DNA of 63,423 bases, the filler included, from Octopus bimaculoides (lineage: Eukaryota): assembly GCF_001194135.2 (NCBI RefSeq). It is 4 parts of 4 records of this genome, joined end to end, with 100 filler letters (N's around TTAATTAATTAA, not from the genome) between each part and the next. Parts side by side here need not be neighbours in the genome. Positions count along the whole stretch, not along the records: positions 36,041 to 60,751 come from NC_069004.1; 3 more parts are not named here. One strand, given 5' to 3'. Made by a program: the position numbers and the translations under genes. Positions within the stretch are counted from its first letter, which is position 1; each line of letters opens with the position of its first letter. Of the stretch, positions 38,960 to 52,978 are shown piece after piece. Under the pieces are notes generated by a model. The model was not told the DNA's origin and searched no databases. It saw nothing but the letters and a program-made list of their open reading frames with translations.

Positions 38960-39319
38960 TGTCTACATGTATGTATGTATATCCTTAATCGATTATTTTT
39001 CTTTTTACTTTTCTACATCACTTTTTCTTTTTTTATATATATTAATAATGTTTTACCCAACGAATAGCAGAAATCCTAAATGTCGAAAATAATAAATCGA
39101 TGTTCTAACTTTAGTTTGTTAGAGACTTCCAAATATTTTTGTGGCGGTGAATAAGTGAGAACAAAAAGCCGAGGAACCGATTAACGAAACTTGTGATGCA
39201 GTTCTATTGCCGGATAACGATCTTAAAAAATGTGTCTGTCGCAATCATCATAAATACTCCCGAGATTTCTAGTATTAGTAGAAATACGCATTGAAAATAT
39301 GTTTCAAATGTTACTAATT

Positions 39320-39560
39320 TGGCTGTATGGTTAAGATGTTTACTTTGCCACCACGTGGTTGTGGGTTCAATTCTACTTCCCTCAGCAGCACTGGTGTTGT
39401 TTTGCTTACGTCCTCGTAACTGAGTGATTCTGTAAAAGTGACCGACAGGGTAACTATCAGACTTAAAAAGACGAATACAGACGTCCATTTGTTTGACTCA
39501 ACACCTAAAGTCGGTGTCCCAGGATGGCCGTAGTCCAATGACTGAAACAAATGACAGATT
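39320..39560 (+). mobile_element. SINE family B, internally deleted
   Basis: Head GGCTGTATGGTTAAG..CACGTGGTTGTGGGTTCAATTC joined directly to the 3' half (..GGATGGCCGTAGTCCAATGACTGAAACAAA). Confidence 0.75.
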
Positions 39561-40344
39561 AACGATAAAGATGTTTTCAGACGAAATGTTATGTTTTTTC
39601 CTTCTTAATTAAGCACAATCTAGCATTCGGTCACCGTAATTTCGTAGGGTAAACTATACTATTTTAGGGCACACTGTAGATTTTGTTGAGGATGCCGTAA
39701 GCTTTAGGCTCTTCTATCCACTGTAATTTTGTCGGTTAAAATGTCGTTCAGTCGAGCTTTTAGTTTGTTAGAGACTGCAATTTGTTACACATCGCGCTAT
39801 TGAGCATGGTGTAGTTCTTTCTGGGACACAAATCAAGTTTTATCAGCCACATTATCGTTTTGTTGGTGTACACAATAGTTTTCTTAGTTACATTATGGTT
39901 TAAAACTCCCATTTATATATCATACTAAATGTATACGCAGAGTTAGAAATTATGAAGCCACGGGAACGGCAAACGTGTTACGCATAATGAGGTATTCCTG
40001 ATTCCCAACTGGTTAAACCTGTGTTATTAACACAAGTTTGTGAAGAGATTTTAAATGAAACAATTTCACAGCAACACGCCTTCTTACTGTGTCTATTCAT
40101 ATAATATGATACTGGGATGGTGATTATAATTTAATCTTGTTTCAATTGCTGACAACGGGTTTTATACAACTCGGCAAGCCTTCGCCATCGCGATCAATGT
40201 TTCATTCACTACTCTTGATTTATATTCATGAAGCGCGGATTTCGTTCAAGTGACAAACCTCAACAAAGGCGAAGTGCATCTGTCTTTCTCGTGAGTTACT
40301 GCAGCAGCGATGTTCTTCGCGTTCCGACATATATCGTGTCCTAG

Positions 40345-40760
40345 AAGAACCGTCAGCACGCCGGGCAAAACGCTTAGCGGTATTTCGTCTGTCCTTACGT
40401 TCTGAGTTCAAACTCCGTCGAACGAGGTCAACTTTGCCTTTCATCCTTTCGGAGTCGATAAAATAAGTACCAGTTGAGCAGTTGACCAGCTGAGCCCCGA
40501 AATGGCTGGATTTCTGCCGAAATTTGAAATCATTATTATAGGTGATTAAGGTGGTAAGCTAGCAGAGTCGTTAGTACGCCAGGCAAAATACCTAGCGGCA
40601 TTTTGTCCGTCCTCACGTTCTGAGCTCAAATTCCACCGAGGACGACTTTGCTTTTCATCCTTCTGGGATCGATAAAATAAGTACCAGTTGAACACAGGGG
40701 TCTATGCAAATGACTTATCCCCTGCCCCGAAATGGATGGCCTAGTGACAAAATTTGAAAG
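40345..40760 (+). mobile_element. Two tandem SINE family A copies (~40345-40530 and ~40548-40760)
   Basis: Both show ACGTTCTGAG(T/C)TCAAA.TCC and ACTTTGC.TTTCATCCTT..GG.TCGATAAAATAAGTACCAGTTGA. Confidence 0.9.
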
Positions 40761-41135
40761 CAGTATTTTAGGTGAGTGCTTAATTGTAAAATGTAATTAA
40801 CGACAGGGCTTTGATTCTTCTGCGAAACTATAACAATTCACTTTTACATTTGTGGGGAGGGAACCATAAAGGTAACGTCTTGCCGCTTCCTATATCTTTA
40901 AAAGTATGGAGAAATATTTGTGGATAGTTAACTAGAGAGCAGACCGAGAGGTTGTAGGTTTATACCTGGAAACTGACATTGAGTCGGTGGTGGTATACTT
41001 CGACCAGACAGCTTGATACACTTTTCTGTATATAGGTATTACAGGGTGTATATATTTATATATACCTATATGTAGGTCTCACAGTAATCAGAAATAGTAT
41101 TGAAATTAATAACAACAGCAGCCACAAAAGAGACG

Positions 41136-41136
<1 letters not shown>

Positions 41137-41200
<64 letters not shown>

Positions 41201-41264
41201 GGTGGTGGTGGTGGTGGTGGTTCTAGTGGTGGTGGTGGTGGTGGTAGTAGTAGTAGTAGTAGTA
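41137..41264. repeat. (GTA)n/(GTG)n compound trinucleotide microsatellite
   Basis: Read directly. Confidence 0.95.
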
Positions 41265-41791
41265 CGTCAGACTTGAAGAAAAATCAAACGGTATCGGTCG
41301 GTTTCCCATGTAGGTGCAGTCGGAAGAAGAATCGATATGCTATCGATTAATCTTATATCGAAAGCAATAAATCTCATAACATATCATGGATATTTATGAT
41401 TATGACAACAACAACAATAACAACAAGTAATAATAATGGCTGATTCCCTCACGTATCGACAGACAAAAGGACCGAGGAATTAAGGTTTGATTCCCAGAAT
41501 GAAATCCAGTGTCATTCTGGTGCAGTACATGTTTGCTGCAAATTTGTGAACAAAGACGATATTTGTCAATATTTGCACCGATTATAAGTACAGAGGCGCA
41601 GCCAGTGCCGCGATGTCACTGAGGTGACCATATCAGAATGGTACTTCTTGCCATCTAAATGTGGCCACCGGTATACCAATAGAATCTACAAATGCTTTTA
41701 TATGATTGTCCAACCTGCATGAAATAGTAGCCAAACCTAGACAAATATATGTTACAGTCTCAAAAAATACGGTAACTGTAGTATATCTGTA

Positions 41792-42025
41792 AAGGCCCGC
41801 AGTCTAGTGGTTGGCGTGTTGCACTCACGATCGTTATAATATGGTTTCGATTCCATATCAAGTGTTGCATTGTGTTCTTGAGCAAAGCACTTGATTTCGT
41901 ATTGTTCCAGTCCCTCAGCTTTAAACGTGTTCCACCAAGAGCTAAGAAGTTAACCCTGCGACGGACCGGCGTCTCGTCCAAGGGAGGGTGTTGTAAAGTC
42001 AGTCACTTAAAGCCATGGGAACGAG
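41792..42025 (+). mobile_element. Decayed tRNA/CORE-like SINE (family D-type head, different 3' module)
   Basis: GTCTAGTGGTTGGCGTG..GGTTTCGATTCC..TGTGTTCTTGAGCAAAGCACTT..AACCCTGCGACGGACCGGCGTCTCGTCCAAGGG. Confidence 0.7.
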
Positions 42026-42470
42026 GTTAAGGTTTTTCCCGGCGTGCTAACGATTCAGCCCGCTCACCGCAAAGAGTGAAAGCAAAGTCGACCTCCGCGA
42101 GATTTGAACTCAGAGCATAAAGCCGGACAAAAATGACAACGTAATATAATGATTAGAAGAAAGAACAGCTATAGCGGCCTAATCATTGTCATCATCATCA
42201 CAAACCGAGAAAACAACAACGACAACGACTACAACAACAGCAACAATACAAACAGCAACGCAAACAGTAATACATCTCAATTATTTGTTGATTTCATGTG
42301 GAAAAAAGAGGAAAAAAACTGTGTAATTCAAATGATACTGTCGGAAATCAATTCATCTAATTGCCACACAATAACTCGTTTTATGAATCGTCGTTGTCAA
42401 TTTAGCATAAAGAGAGCCAATACCATTACTTGGGTTCACACATGCACGAATATGGAGACATGCATATGCA

Positions 42471-42519
<49 letters not shown>

Positions 42520-42580
42520 TCACACATGTATATATATATACATATAAAGAGACAACGATGCTGATAAACAAGATTAAGCT

Positions 42581-42617
<37 letters not shown>

Positions 42618-43050
42618 GACACAAATAGATGCATATATATATATACAACACAAATACACAGATGCACAAGTGCAATTGCAAATATGTGCATGTATGTGTG
42701 AGTGTGAGTTTTTATATGTGAGTTTGTCTGTGTGCGTGTGTGTGTAAACGCGTGTGTGTTTTGTGTGTTGTGTGTTCGTGTGTGTGTGTGTATGTGTGTG
42801 TGTGTGTGTGTGTATTTGCATACCTACGCACAGCAGCTCCAGTTCTCTGTAGCAGTAGCTGCTGGATTTGTGGAGGTTATGCGCAGTCGGGCTGCTTATT
42901 TCTCTGGGATTTGTCAAATTAGTGTAAACACCTCTGATGAGAATTCAATAATGTTCGAAAATCGATAAATGCTCTTCATCATTTTTTTTCCATCTAGGGA
43001 GAAATAGTTAAATTTAACATGTTTCTATGTACACTGTGTTGGTTTATATA

Positions 43051-43100
<50 letters not shown>

Positions 43101-44105
43101 NNNNNNNNNNNNNNNNNNNNNNNNNNNNNNNNNNNNNNNNNNNNNNNNNNNNNNNNNNNNNNNNNNNNNNNNNNNNNNNNNNNNNNNNNNNNNNNNNNNN
43201 NNNNNNNNNNNNNNNNNNNNNNNNNNNNNNNNNNNNNNNNNNNNNNNNNNNNNNNNNNNNNNNNNNNNNNNNNNNNNNNNNNNNNNNNNNNNNNNNNNNN
43301 NNNNNNNNNNNNNNNNNNNNNNNNNNNNNNNNNNNNNNNNNNNNNNNNNNNNNNNNNNNNNNNNNNNNNNNNNNNNNNNNNNNNNNNNNNNNNNNNNNNN
43401 NNNNNNNNNNNNNNNNNNNNNNNNNNNNNNNNNNNNNNNNNNNNNNNNNNNNNNNNNNNNNNNNNNNNNNNNNNNNNNNNNNNNNNNNNNNNNNNNNNNN
43501 NNNNNNNNNNNNNNNNNNNNNNNNNNNNNNNNNNNNNNNNNNNNNNNNNNNNNNNNNNNNNNNNNNNNNNNNNNNNNNNNNNNNNNNNNNNNNNNNNNNN
43601 NNNNNNNNNNNNNNNNNNNNNNNNNNNNNNNNNNNNNNNNNNNNNNNNNNNNNNNNNNNNNNNNNNNNNNNNNNNNNNNNNNNNNNNNNNNNNNNNNNNN
43701 NNNNNNNNNNNNNNNNNNNNNNNNNNNNNNNNNNNNNNNNNNNNNNNNNNNNNNNNNNNNNNNNNNNNNNNNNNNNNNNNNNNNNNNNNNNNNNNNNNNN
43801 NNNNNNNNNNNNNNNNNNNNNNNNNNNNNNNNNNNNNNNNNNNNNNNNNNNNNNNNNNNNNNNNNNNNNNNNNNNNNNNNNNNNNNNNNNCGAAAAAGGT
43901 TTTTTCATACTGAGCTACCCGGCAAAATTGTTAATTATTAATTTTATTACTAATTGACGATTCCCTGCCCTGCATATCTATATATATATATGTATATATA
44001 TAGTATTAATTGAAACAGCTACAAGTGAAGATGATTAATTTGCTGTTAATAATAAACAATTGTTAACTTCCCTATCTCCACTTTTTTTTCTTCTTTCATA
44101 TGTAC

Positions 44106-44171
<66 letters not shown>

Positions 44172-44499
44172 ATGAATGTATTATGTACGTATATGTACGT
44201 ATATGTATGTGTATATATATACATATATATATATATGGTATGTACATACACACATATATATAAAGATACATATATATATTATACACACTCACACATACAC
44301 ACACATACAGGCATACACATGTGTGTGTATGCGTGTGTGCGTGTGTGTAGGTGTGGTCGAATTGGCAAACTTGTTAACGTGGTATATAGACTGCCTTGCA
44401 GCATTTGTTCCGACTCTATACTCTTTAAGTTCAAATCAGACCGCAGTCAATTTTTCATTCTAGCCTGCTTTCATGTGCCAATCCAGGAAGAATGGAATC

Positions 44500-45000
44500 A
44501 GTAGAGCCTAAAAGAGATTTCTTGCAATATCAATTTTTTATGCTGTTGACATCTGCGATGACACAGGTTCGAAGCTGTGTGGAGAGTTATCTGTACCTTG
44601 GACATCATCGATGGTCAGGCCAGGGTTGCTTGCATGTGTGGGGAATGGCTAGAATCCATAGAAGTGAGACATGGATTCTGAATGCAGAAGACATGCGTAG
44701 ACTAGAAGCGAATGAAGGTAATATGTTCTATTGGATGTGCAGCATCAGTGTGCATGTACGACAAAGTGCAAATGTGCAGAGAGCAAAGCTGGGCATAAGA
44801 AGAATCAGATGCAGCATGCAAGAGAGAAGACTACGTTAATTTGGACTTGTGGTGCGTATGAGTGAAGACAGCTGTATAAAGAAGCGCCAATCACTGAAAG
44901 CGAGACCTAGGAAAGGGAGACCTAGGAAGATATAGGACGAAGTGGTGAGGACTGATCTCAGGATGTTGGACCTTGCGGAGGAGATGCATGGACATACTCA
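44500..45000 (+). mobile_element. RTE-clade LINE 3' fragment (post-RT region)
   Basis: VESYLYLGH..SGQGC, RSETWILNAEDMRRLEANEGNMFYWMCSISVHVRQSAN..RAKLGIRRIRCSMQERRLR*FG, and GRPRK..DEVVRTDL. Confidence 0.85.
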
Positions 45001-45119
45001 GGATATTGTTTAAGCCATCCCAATATTTCTTCATGGTATCTATAATCTTTCAGGAATAGATATTGTGAATCATTTTGTTTTCTCATTGCACGTTTGCATT
45101 ATATCTTTTATCTTTGCCT

Positions 45120-45310
45120 TTATACTTGTTTAGTTCATTGTATTATGGCAAAGCTGGGGCACTACCTTGAAGGGTCTTCTTGAACCCCCAATACTTTTTT
45201 TTCAAGCCAATGTTTCCTTTTACAAGCCTAGTATTTATACTTTCCGTCTCATTTGCAGATCTGCTAGGTCACGGGGACCTAAACACACCAATACAGGTTG
45301 TCAAACCTGT
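45120..45310 (-). mobile_element. SINE family B 3' half, decayed
   Basis: ACTTGTTTAGTTCATT..GCTGGGGCACTACCTTGAAGGG..AAGCCTAGTATTTAT..GGTCACGGGGACCTAAACACACCAATACAGGTTGTCAA. Confidence 0.7.
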
Positions 45311-47068
45311 GTGCGCGCGTGCGCGTGCGCATGTGTGCGTTTGCGTGCGTGTGTGTGTGTGTAATTTTATATTCGGGTATACACCTTGAAGTATGCCCGT
45401 TTAAAGCCCGTTCACAGTATTCGGCTACCTGGTGTCATCAACAGTATGGAGGTATGGTGCCACTGGATTTACATCAGGAATTCCTTTTTGTCCTTAGAGT
45501 TTATAAATTTCATGACAGAAGGAAAATGAAATTCACGTGACTCTTTATTCACTACGATCATTTCAACCTATCATGCACTTGTACCTCGCAGGTGACATGC
45601 TCTACAAACAATCGTGGTGCACCAAAGGTGCAGATGTGTCTTGTCAAAAGTTACCTCGTGTTTTATTCGCCGTTTCGCTTATTTCTATAACAATCGAGTT
45701 TGGTAGTTGTAGTGTACTACACGTCTACACAGGGAACTGAGATAGAACGAAGAACTCATCTCACATAAACAATAAGGTACAAAGAATCGAAAGGGAAAAA
45801 TAAAATAGAAAATAAAAATAAATACATGAGTCAAATATAATGTTATACACTGATAATAAAAGACCATTAAATAAAACAGGGAATCGAAACCTCGCATTCG
45901 TGAAGCGAACTTCGCAAGCTCTTGTCTACACGCGTACATACACTACCATATATTCTCCTATACACCAACGTAGACATACTAAAAGGCTCAAAGTGCACTT
46001 GCCAAAACGTCACATGTCTCTGTAACGAACTTCATAAGCATAAACCTCTAAGCGCGTCTAGTCTGACACACATTCACATCTGTACTTCCACATTGCCATA
46101 CAAACTCAAAAGAATTAGAAAAAAAAGCTTGCCCAGATGCAGCAAAATGAGATCGAACACAGAACATAATTGCTGCGAAGAGAAGTTCCTAGCCACTCAC
46201 ATAACCAAGTTTATATCCTCACACCCCCGAATTCCCCCTCAAATGCACACGTTAAAAATAAAATATTTAGTCAGGACGCTACAGAATGAGATCGAACGCG
46301 GGACCTCATCGCATTGCGAACTGCTTAACTATTGAATGAAAGATCAAACTAGCACGCGCGCGCGCACACAGGTACATGCATACACACACATCCACACACA
46401 CACACACACAGTGTGGTCTACAAATACATAGAGACACGTAAACACGCACATACTAGACTGTAACTAGGAGACAGATGGCGCCTTCTAAAGAACTCTGCGA
46501 GTGCTAATGCAGTCCAGAGACTGTCTGCGGTCCAGTCCAGCCATTTTCCATCCTAATCTTACTCCCACCCCACCTCTTCCTTGAGTTTTTCACGTTTTTC
46601 TGCAGAATAAACCTTTGATACGTTGAACGTGCCGATGCACAAGAAATTTATTAAAACTGGATGTAAGAAAAGAAAAGAAAGAAAGAAAGAAATATACAAA
46701 GGAAGAAGGAAAGAAAGAAAGAGTAAAAGAAAACAGATTTATAATACAGACAACCGTTTTAATCCTTCTTATGAATAAACCATTATAACATCTGTTTCGA
46801 ACCAATTACGAAATCTCTTTGATGAGAAGAATTCGACATCTACAGCGACATCGACATCGACGATCACCACAACAACAATAACAACACTAATAGCGTGTCG
46901 TCAAGGCTGGCTCGATGTGGTATCTCAATGTAGCAGACATAGTAGTTAAAATCTCCCTCAATGTCCATCTCCTTTACCGTCTTGAAAAAATTTGGAATGG
47001 ACTGGTCGTGTCTGGAAAGCCTATGATCAGTAGTAAGAAAAACCAACAACAACAATATATATATATAC

Positions 47069-47105
<37 letters not shown>

Positions 47106-47783
47106 NNNNNNNNNNNNNNNNNNNNNNNNNNNNNNNNNNNNNNNNNNNNNNNNNNNNNNNNNNNNNNNNNNNNNNNNNNNNNNNNNNNNNNNNNNNNNNN
47201 NNNNNNNNNNNNNNNNNNNNNNNNNNNNNNNNNNNNNNNNNNNNNNNNNNNNNNNNNNNNNNNNNNNNNNNNNNNNNNNNNNNNNNNNNNNNNNNNNNNN
47301 NNNNNNNNNNNNNNNNNNNNNNNNNNNNNNNNNNNNNNNNNNNNNNNNNNNNNNNNNNNNNNNNNNNNNNNNNNNNNNNNNNNNNNNNNNNNNNNNNNNN
47401 NNNNNNNNNNNNNNNNNNNNNNNNNNNNNNNNNNNNNNNNNNNNNNNNNNNNNNNNNNNNNNNNNNNNNNNNNNNNNNNNNNNNNNNNNNNNNNNNNNNN
47501 NNNNNNNNNNNNNNNNNNNNNNNNNNNNNNNNNNNNNNNNNNNNNNNNNNNNNNNNNNNNNNNNNNNNNNNNNNNNNNNNNNNNNNNNNNNNNNNNNNNN
47601 NNNNNNNNNNNNNNNNNNNNNNNNNNNNNNNNNNNNNNNNNNNNNNNNNNNNNNNNNNNNNNNNNNNNNNNNNNNNNNNNNNNNNNNNNNNNNNNNNNNN
47701 NNNNNNNNNNNNNNNNNNNNNNNNNNNNNNNNNNNNNNNNNNNNNNNNNNNNNNNNNNNNNNNNNNNNNNNNNNNNNNNNNNN

Positions 47784-47818
<35 letters not shown>

Positions 47819-48532
47819 TTATTCGGTTTTATTTCAAGATTTCTTGCCAGTATAGAAAGAGCCGGTTTCCAAGGCTCCTTTATTGGAACTTCAACATCAA
47901 CAGGGTATTTTTGTATGTATGTATATGTTCAGATGTGTATGTTTTGTTTTATGCATGTATGTATGCATGTATGTATGTATGTATGCATGCATGTATGTAT
48001 GTATGTATGTATGTATGTATGTATGTACGTATGTATACATGTATGTATGTATTATGTATGTAGGAAAAAGTGTAATAACCACGAGATTTAATTTATCTCA
48101 TTTCTTCTCTACGTATGTTTCGCCATTTTGGTTATTCGCATCTTTGTACCAACAGTGCATGTTGCAAGTACAACTAGATTCTGAACCACAACAGTTGATC
48201 GGCTATACACGTTGATGTCTTATTTCTCTTCCAGTCGTTCTGTATATAATAACCAGTAATACTCCAAAGCACAATAGTAACCACACCACTTTACGGGAAG
48301 TAGTTTGCGTGACGATATTCTACGAGGAACTCTTAATTTAGCACGCTCACTCTGACGAAGATAGCAATAGTATCTTTAAGGTCGTTCAATTTTTTTTTTT
48401 TTTTTGTATCTCAGCCGATCAATGGACCGATTGATTAAACATATCGATGTGAACAAATATACAATGTATATCAGAAACAGCTGTAAGTCAGTTTTGCAAG
48501 AATAACAGAATATGTACTTTGTCTTATATAAA

Positions 48533-48581
<49 letters not shown>

Positions 48582-49417
48582 AGAGTATGAGAGGTATTGG
48601 TGTCAAGAAGACGCAAAAGTGTCAGGTAATGCTGAGTAAGTGCTATGGACTAGTTAAGTTCCAGGTACGATGATGATACGAAAGGGGAGTCCAACGTAGG
48701 TCGTATATTANNNNNNNNNNNNNNNNNNNNNNNNNNNNNNNNNNNNNNNNNNNNNNNNNNNNNNNNNNNNNNNNNNNNNNNNNNNNNNNNNNNNNNNNNN
48801 NNNNNNNNNNNNNNNNNNNNNNNNNNNNNNNNNNNNNNNNNNNNNNNNNNNNNNNNNNNNNNNNNNNNNNNNNNNNNNNNNNNNNNNNNNNNNNNNNNNN
48901 NNNNNNNNNNNNNNNNNNNNNNNNNNNNNNNNNNNNNNNNNNNNNNNNNNNNNNNNNNNNNNNNNNNNNNNNNNNNNNNNNNNNNNNNNNNNNNNNNNNN
49001 NNNNNNNNNNNNNNNNNNNNNNNNNNNNNNNNNNNNNNNNNNNNNNNNNNNNNNNNNNNNNNNNNNNNNNNNNNNNNNNNNNNNNNNNNNNNNNNNNNNN
49101 NNNNNNNNNNNNNNNNNNNNNNNNNNNNNNNNNNNNNNNNNNNNNNNNNNNNNNNNNNNNNNNNNNNNNNNNNNNNNNNNNNNNNNNNNNNNNNNNNNNN
49201 NNNNNNNNNNNNNNNNNNNNNNNNNNNNNNNNNNNNNNNNNNNNNNNNNNNNNNNNNNNNNNNNNNNNNNNNNNNNNNNNNNNNNNNNNNNNNNNNNNNN
49301 NNNNNNNNNNNNNNNNNNNNNNNNNNNNNNNNNNNNNNNNNNNNNNNNNNNNNNNNNNNNNNNNNNNNNNNNNNNNNNNNNNNNNNNNNNNNNNNNNNNN
49401 NNNNNNNNNNNNNNNNN

Positions 49418-49489
<72 letters not shown>

Positions 49490-50113
49490 TATGTATGTAT
49501 ATATATATACACACATATATATACATACATATGTATATATATATATGTATATACACGCATACATATATATATGTATATATGTATGCTTGTATGTTTGTAT
49601 GTATGTATGTATGTATGCATGAATGTATGTATGTCATCGCAGATAAGTGATTGAGAGAGCGAAGTATGAATTATTACATTTGAAAACGATTCCCGTTGAA
49701 ACATCTGAAGTGTGGCCTTTAGTAGAAAGAAAGCTACATTGATTCAGCATTAACATCTATGTAATAACACCTTGGAAGATATCTACTTTGTTTTATATTT
49801 CTTTGCCGAAGAATACGTAGGTAGATATACATGCATACACACGCGCAGAGTTTGGTATGAAGCACCTAATAACAGGACTTGTAAGGATTTAATTAGAATT
49901 GCATGTATTCTATTACACCTCAGTAACATGCACCTAGGCAAGGAGTTCGTGCTATATATAACAAAAACATCAAAGAACTATGTTCATTGGCTGCAATATC
50001 TTTAGAATACAGATGCAGATTATATCAAAGGAGAAAGATATATTTATTCAAAACTGCATGTCTTGACAATTGTTTCCGCAATGATAAAAAAATGCTGTCT
50101 ATCTATGGATTCA

Positions 50114-50183
<70 letters not shown>

Positions 50184-50781
50184 NNNNNNNNNNNNNNNNN
50201 NNNNNNNNNNNNNNNNNNNNNNNNNNNNNNNNNNNNNNNNNNNNNNNNNNNNNNNNNNNNNNNNNNNNNNNNNNNNNNNNNNNNNNNNNNNNNNNNNNNN
50301 NNNNNNNNNNNNNNNNNNNNNNNNNNNNNNNNNNNNNNNNNNNNNNNNNNNNNNNNNNNNNNNNNNNNNNNNNNNNNNNNNNNNNNNNNNNNNNNNNNNN
50401 NNNNNNNNNNNNNNNNNNNNNNNNNNNNNNNNNNNNNNNNNNNNNNNNNNNNNNNNNNNNNNNNNNNNNNNNNNNNNNNNNNNNNNNNNNNNNNNNNNNN
50501 NNNNNNNNNNNNNNNNNNNNNNNNNNNNNNNNNNNNNNNNNNNNNNNNNNNNNNNNNNNNNNNNNNNNNNNNNNNNNNNNNNNNNNNNNNNNNNNNNNNN
50601 NNNNNNNNNNNNNNNNNNNNNNNNNNNNNNNNNNNNNNNNNNNNNNNNNNNNNNNNNNNNNNNNNNNNNNNNNNNNNNNNNNNNNNNNNNNNNNNNNNNN
50701 NNNNNNNNNNNNNNNNNNNNNNNNNNNNNNNNNNNNNNNNNNNNNNNNNNNNNNNNNNNNNNNNNNNNNNNNNNNNNNNNN

Positions 50782-50840
<59 letters not shown>

Positions 50841-51773
50841 ATAACTTTAAATATTTGTTCCTCTAAGAAGAACAGTGTCTTCTAAATAGAATGTATTCAT
50901 TAGTAAATAACTTACTATTTATTTCCTTTGGGATTCATTCTAACTTACCTGTCTTCCACCTGAAGCCTATATTTAAACTAATACTGATCAAATAATATTC
51001 CTTTACTAACTAAATAATATATTGTATGAACAATTTCAGCTGTATTTACCTCCCTATGTATTTATTGAAGTCAATAACAACTTAATAGAAAAAGGAGTTT
51101 TTGCTATCACATATTTCAATAATACTAACTTAACCATATGGCTCATAAGTAAGCTTACTGGTAAAAATACCTGCTACTTATTTGGGTCAAAAGCTACTCT
51201 AGTTACTTTTACTCTCTTGATTTGATCCCTGTACTCTTTTCTAAGTAGCATGGTGAAGCTTTGAGAAGGATATATTGGTCTTAATTTCCCGATCTATGTA
51301 GAATCTAAGCCCATCAAAAAATATGGATCAGTCAACATACAAGATTAATAGATCAGAAAATTATTACACCAATATATCCGAAACGTATGTAAGCGAATTA
51401 AAAGTATATGATTCTCCATTCATTTGTAGTTTTCTTCTTCAGAGACACCGATAGCATGTGAGATATAGGAAGCATGGGTGGCGGAACTGTTGTATCATGC
51501 AATTACATGATTTTGGTGCTTGACATTTCTCGTCTGCTACCTATATTTCTGTTATATTTTTATAGACTAGATACGTACTCGTGAGACATTTCTCAAGGTT
51601 AATACTAGAGCATTACGATGCTCCTATTATACATCTATGTCAAGCTAGGTAAAAATGGTATCATTCGGTAACAATCCTGCCCTTATTATCTAATATATAT
51701 TGTCGCTAATATCTAATATCTCACACACATACACACTCACATATATATATATATATATATGTGTGTGTCTGTT

Positions 51774-51827
<54 letters not shown>

Positions 51828-51899
51828 TTTCATACTTTTATACAAACGAATGAATATATGTGTGTGTATGTGTGTAGACACGTAACAGACAGACTGACT

Positions 51900-51971
<72 letters not shown>

Positions 51972-52333
51972 CATACATAGATAGATCTAGTGGTTCTAAA
52001 CATCCGATTAACTTCCCACACAAAAGAAGTTCATGTTTGAAAACAAAGTAGGTGTGTCTAGTTTCACTTTTTCTGATCGATGTTTCGACTTTAGTCTCTT
52101 CTGAGAAAACTGGTTATAAGCGCCGCCAGAGAAGTATGCAATATGGATGCATGCATGTCTGTCTGTCTGTCTGTCTGCATGTATATATGCGTGTACGTGT
52201 GTGTGTATGTACGTATATGTACATATGTATCTATACTATTATATATATATATAATATAAACATATATATGTATACATACATGCGTAGGTGTATGTGTGTG
52301 TGTTAGATATATACATATATATATATACGTATT

Positions 52334-52402
<69 letters not shown>

Positions 52403-52933
52403 NNNNNNNNNNNNNNNNNNNNNNNNNNNNNNNNNNNNNNNNNNNNNNNNNNNNNNNNNNNNNNNNNNNNNNNNNNNNNNNNNNNNNNNNNNNNNNNNNN
52501 NNNNNNNNNNNNNNNNNNNNNNNNNNNNNNNNNNNNNNNNNNNNNNNNNNNNNNNNNNNNNNNNNNNNNNNNNNNNNNNNNNNNNNNNNNNNNNNNNNNN
52601 NNNNNNNNNNNNNNNNNNNNNNNNNNNNNNNNNNNNNNNNNNNNNNNNNNNNNNNNNNNNNNNNNNNNNNNNNNNNNNNNNNNNNNNNNNNNNNNNNNNN
52701 NNNNNNNNNNNNNNNNNNNNNNNNNNNNNNNNNNNNNNNNNNNNNNNNNNNNNNNNNNNNNNNNNNNNNNNNNNNNNNNNNNNNNNNNNNNNNNNNNNNN
52801 NNNNNNNNNNNNNNNNNNNNNNNNNNNNNNNNNNNNNNNNNNNNNNNNNNNNNNNNNNNNNNNNNNNNNNNNNNNNNNNNNNNNNNNNNNNNNNNNNNNN
52901 NNNNNNNNNNNNNNNNNNNNNNNNNNNNNNNNN

Positions 52934-52978
<45 letters not shown>

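Noticed and set aside
45880-46335. Three tRNA-like segments on the minus strand (GTTCGATC/GTTTCGATTCCC B boxes)
   Set aside because: No complete cloverleaf or acceptor stem; these are decayed SINE heads, not tRNA genes.
46468-46482. CTCF/YY1-like GAGACAGATGGCGCC; also an octamer ATGCAAAT near 60287
   Set aside because: Isolated short motifs without context; similar strings occur inside transposons in this window.
48210-48325. Minus-strand peptide SRKVVWLLLCFGVLLVIIYR resembling a type II membrane anchor
   Set aside because: No ATG, weak splice sites and no other exons; hydrophobic stretches arise easily in T-rich frames.
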